This document shows, in pieces, positions 24,601 to 26,894 of a stretch of 26,894 nt of DNA. Within the stretch, counting starts at the first letter, position 1. Each line of letters starts with the position of its first letter. The position numbers were made by a program, and so were the translations under genes. The notes under the pieces were generated by a model. It did not search any database. It was not told where the DNA came from and saw only the letters and a list, made by a program, of their open reading frames with translations. The DNA comes from a virus (lineage: Duplodnaviria > Caudoviricetes): positions 1 to 26,894 of IMG/VR virus record IMGVR_UViG_3300037631_002997. One strand, written 5' to 3'.

Positions 24601-25672
24601 GCATTCTATTATGCGTTCTGGTAACCATACGTTTGAATATCTTGGTTTCGGTCCTGGTAACTATTCAACTGCATTCCCTCAGACTCAAGTAGAGACGCTA
24701 TCTGCTGACCAGATTAAGTTCTCGCAGTCTATTAAAGAAGAAGCAGGTGTTGCTTTCTACTCAGGTCTTAACTCTAATGGTGACCTATTCATTGGTAACC
24801 AGGTTATTAACCCTGTTACAGGTCAGATTACAAACGAAGATATTGCACAACTGAATGTTATTGGTGAAGAGAATACAACGATTGAGACATTCTCTGAGTT
24901 GGTGCTGACTGATAAACTCACTGTTATTGGTGGTGCATCTAACCAGTTAGAATCTGTATTTGCTGGTCCTGTCACATTCCAAGGTCAGGTATCTTCTACT
25001 AGTAATATTATTGCTAGAAAGATTACTTATAATAACCAAGATGGTACGGTTATTAAATCTACCCTGTTAGCACCAGAAGATTCAAATGGTCTACCAAACT
25101 TTACTAATATCACTAACTATGATACACCTTCTGATGGCGATTTAGTTTATAATTCAACTTGGTCTCCTGGTAAATCTTTGGGGTGGATTTATTATGGTCA
25201 AGTTTGGAAAGAGTTTGGATTGACTGATATTGAACAGATTGATATTCAAACATTTACTGACAATAATGGTGATGAGCAACAACACTTAGGTTTTGGTGTT
25301 GCTGCAAATACTTCATACCGTGCTAATCTAAAAGGTAATGTTAGAATTGATGGTAACTTAGTTACTACAGGTACGGGTGGTATTTCTGCTGATAAGTACG
25401 TCAGTCGTATATATCGCAATGGTGAAAGTAATGGACCTGATGGTAGTATTTTGACATTCCCAATTACTACTTTTACTGGCGGTGTTCAGCACACTGCAAC
25501 TTCTCTCTTAGTTATGTTGAATGGCGTAGTTCAAATTGGAGGAACTACTACTGAAGTTAACGATGGAGATGCTAACTATTCTGTTGATAGTAATGCACAA
25601 AACATTGTATTTGCTTCGGGTACTCCTCCTCAGGCAACTGATGTTCTTCATATTGTTGAAATGCCTATCTAA
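21626..25672 (+). CDS. Large tail fibre / tailspike-like virion protein
   Basis: IIYVNP...GNSALRPFKSIQRA, VPRGCSLVGTDLRRTKI and SITNSNSNFG point to a pectin-lyase-like beta-helix; C-terminal LLVMLNGVVQ...IVF..PP module. Confidence 0.8.
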   Translation: MALTRLKNIITSRTGRIIYVNPDDFDASDAIDNRGNSALRPFKSIQRAFLEVARFSYRVGLSNDEFDAFSIMLYPAEYIVDNRPGEVLYTNVAPIDENSNLDLTSPNNVLYKFNSVEGGIIVPRGCSLVGTDLRRTKIIPKYVPYPTVFAAKGINTESQVPPRTAIFKVTGGTYFWQFSFFDGAEEGVYYKPDSVETLAPKFSHHRLTCFEFADGFNSLQTLISGDPTRGLEQTVPNADYSAVPNILERTDLEIYYQKVSKAFATIPDTSGDPANDQIQARVEENRIVGPISDEYRVLQVTRNGNTATAVTVDEFDNPRDHGFSVGVNINISGVTGSSGPQSLVDASLYNGSFTVTSASGNIFTYQMLSEPSGNAVGSNVTVKTEIDTVDSASPYAFNLSLRSVWGMNGMLANGAKATGFKSMVVAQFTGLSLQKDDRAFVRFNESTGNYDNAAAGDGAHLDGFAEYRKGWAHRHIVCTNDSFIQAVSVFAVGYGTHFTAESGADMSITNSNSNFGSTALRSAGFKAKAFSKDKAGEITHIIPPKALSVISTTATGASGEVNITLANDGSVNGVIEGMNVTGTNVGVGATVVSVNTNTRIVTLSVVNTDTVNGNIIFGEETSVNWVNIDIQRTVTINQALAAGGGVAGSRLYLYGYTAQGSPPTTRVQGYSVGARQDGTGASAVADKLNVKLIPSVGSDAEIKTADISPYGPDVSGKAAGETGSPIQFDENTYTIGGVSAVGGWYLSVNSTGNSIYTVLTTNTQTYGNVNFTPTTFIKRIPDSRDLADRTYRVRMVIDKDKSNPLPRDPLSGYVMQPLNSNTSAFKLDGTFYIYDIEKVQEFVRGVDDGIYYLTLLYASVAPSAANFNDRKFSQNVNEVYPSFDRDNPLADPDRAYSIADNETIGLVNATDNASPTPNKDPKRSITKEAIVNLLTDTGWADPSTEPAYNSVNKTLSSVQLTARFGDEETRKINIRENIADNSVAPIPIELRRHSIMRSGNHTFEYLGFGPGNYSTAFPQTQVETLSADQIKFSQSIKEEAGVAFYSGLNSNGDLFIGNQVINPVTGQITNEDIAQLNVIGEENTTIETFSELVLTDKLTVIGGASNQLESVFAGPVTFQGQVSSTSNIIARKITYNNQDGTVIKSTLLAPEDSNGLPNFTNITNYDTPSDGDLVYNSTWSPGKSLGWIYYGQVWKEFGLTDIEQIDIQTFTDNNGDEQQHLGFGVAANTSYRANLKGNVRIDGNLVTTGTGGISADKYVSRIYRNGESNGPDGSILTFPITTFTGGVQHTATSLLVMLNGVVQIGGTTTEVNDGDANYSVDSNAQNIVFASGTPPQATDVLHIVEMPI

Positions 25673-25675
25673 ATA
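25669..25675 (+). promoter_or_regulatory. Late promoter CTAAATA
   Basis: Contains the upstream TAA stop. Confidence 0.65.
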
Positions 25676-25698
25676 GTATCGGAGCAACTTAGTCAAAA

Positions 25699-26631
25699 AT
25701 GGCACTTACTAAAATCAGTGGAAATCAAATTTCTACTGCAACAATTGCAACTATGGATTCTCTCTCATTTTTAGATGGTGAGAGCATCTTAAAGTTACCT
25801 AACGGAACAACTGCTCAACGTCCAGATTCTCCAACTCAGGGAACGCTTAGATATAACTCTGAGTTGAACAATAATGCTGGTGCTGCTGAAGTATATGTTG
25901 CGAATAATGGTACTGGAAATCCTGGTTGGGTTGCTGTAGGTTCTGGTGGCGCATCTTTAGGTAAAGGTGGTGTTATTAGAAGTAATCCTGACTTTATTGA
26001 TGAGAATATTACTGTAGACCCCTCTCTTGATGATAAATTTAAGAATGCATTTACTAGAGGTCCATTAGAAATTAGAGACAATTTTACAGTTACTATTGCA
26101 GATACTGCTGATTGGCAAATTTGGGGTGGAGAACCAGAAGATCCTTTTCCTGGTGCAGTATTGGGGATGGGATATGCTCAGACACCAGCAACAAGATATA
26201 GGTTGAATACTAATAATTTGAGTGATGCTGGTGCCACTATTCCCAATTTAGCAGTATCATTCACACCTACAAGAACGACTTCTAAGATTATTATTACTGC
26301 TTCTATAGCAAATAATGGTAGACACGTTTATTCATTTGGAGTAAAACGTGACGGTGTGTTACTAACGACTGGAGCAGCAAATTCTAATAATAGTAATAGT
26401 GGTGGTGCGATAGTAACTGGTTATCATGGAGAAGACGTGGCAAGTCACATGAGAGTAACTACATTTAGTTTTGAGGATACTTCGGTTTCTGCTGGAGATA
26501 CCTATACATATGAAATTTGTGGCACTGCATCTTGGAGTGGATCGCCTCGTGATCTTTATATCAATGATAGAGATTCTAATGACATGAGAAGTATTTCTTC
26601 TATGACTGTCACTGAAATCATGGGTTCATAA
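25699..26631 (+). CDS. Short tail fibre-like protein
   Basis: LPNGTTAQRP...GTLRYNS motif and C-terminal VSFTPTRTTSKIII...SSMTVTEI domain. Confidence 0.78.
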   Translation: MALTKISGNQISTATIATMDSLSFLDGESILKLPNGTTAQRPDSPTQGTLRYNSELNNNAGAAEVYVANNGTGNPGWVAVGSGGASLGKGGVIRSNPDFIDENITVDPSLDDKFKNAFTRGPLEIRDNFTVTIADTADWQIWGGEPEDPFPGAVLGMGYAQTPATRYRLNTNNLSDAGATIPNLAVSFTPTRTTSKIIITASIANNGRHVYSFGVKRDGVLLTTGAANSNNSNSGGAIVTGYHGEDVASHMRVTTFSFEDTSVSAGDTYTYEICGTASWSGSPRDLYINDRDSNDMRSISSMTVTEIMGS

Positions 26632-26634
26632 ATA
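26628..26634 (+). promoter_or_regulatory. Late promoter ATAAATA
   Basis: Contains the upstream TAA stop. Confidence 0.6.
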
Positions 26635-26657
26635 AAGAGGGGGAATAATTAACTATT

Positions 26658-26894
26658 ATGTCTAAAGTAAGAGCATCTTCTATTAAGGGACTTGGGGTAG
26701 CAGATGGTGGACCTTTTATTGATCTGAATAAATTCAGTCATGGTCAACCACTTGATATGGGTAGTTCTAATATTACCACTGGAGTATTGACAATTACAAG
26801 AGTAAACATTACCACTGCAACGACTACTACAATAAATGCTACAAATATGGTTGTTAGTGGTGGTTCTGTAAATCTTAATGGTGATGAATTGCTA
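26658..26894 (+). CDS. Virion/fibre-like protein (partial, runs off the window end)
   Basis: MSKVRASSIKGLGVADGGPFIDLNKFSHGQPLDMGSSNITTGVLTITRVNITTATTTT...; open to the edge. Confidence 0.7.
   Translation, partial: MSKVRASSIKGLGVADGGPFIDLNKFSHGQPLDMGSSNITTGVLTITRVNITTATTTTINATNMVVSGGSVNLNGDELL

Noticed and set aside
2044-26081. Many short antisense and alternative-frame ORFs (e.g. 4717-5085, 8402-8782, 20370-20744, 23077-23496)
   Set aside because: They are shadows of long structural genes with no motifs or translation signals.
1-26894. CRISPR array, integrase/att site, intron or diversity-generating retroelement
   Set aside because: No repeat-spacer structure, recombinase, reverse transcriptase or interrupted core gene was seen.

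Overview
Segment of an AT-rich T4-like marine cyanophage (cyanomyovirus) genome. The host is inferred to be Synechococcus or Prochlorococcus from cp12, cpeT and the tRNA set. Left to right it holds: (1) a tail/baseplate module with gp53 (partial) and gp48 on the minus strand, then gp4, a gp54/gp19-like gene, gp26, gp51, two large paralogous tape-measure-like proteins (the second with amidase-like and SleB-like domains), a gp27-like hub and gp5; (2) a cp12-cpeT-tRNA-Val island between the hub gene and gp5; (3) a sigma70-promoter-led cluster of small ORFs, three more tRNAs (Leu, Thr, Asn) and three 2OG-Fe(II) oxygenase-type genes; (4) a late block of virion and fibre genes. The most notable signals are a T-TTT-TTC slippery heptamer at the end of gp26 that would fuse it by -1 frameshift to gp51 directly upstream of the tape-measure-like genes (a lambda G/GT-H-like layout), tRNAs that supply stop codons, coding sequence and a ribosome-binding site to neighbouring genes, and a 233-nt acidic/basic dual-coding overlap. 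Product calls come from motif recognition and synteny. No database search was run.
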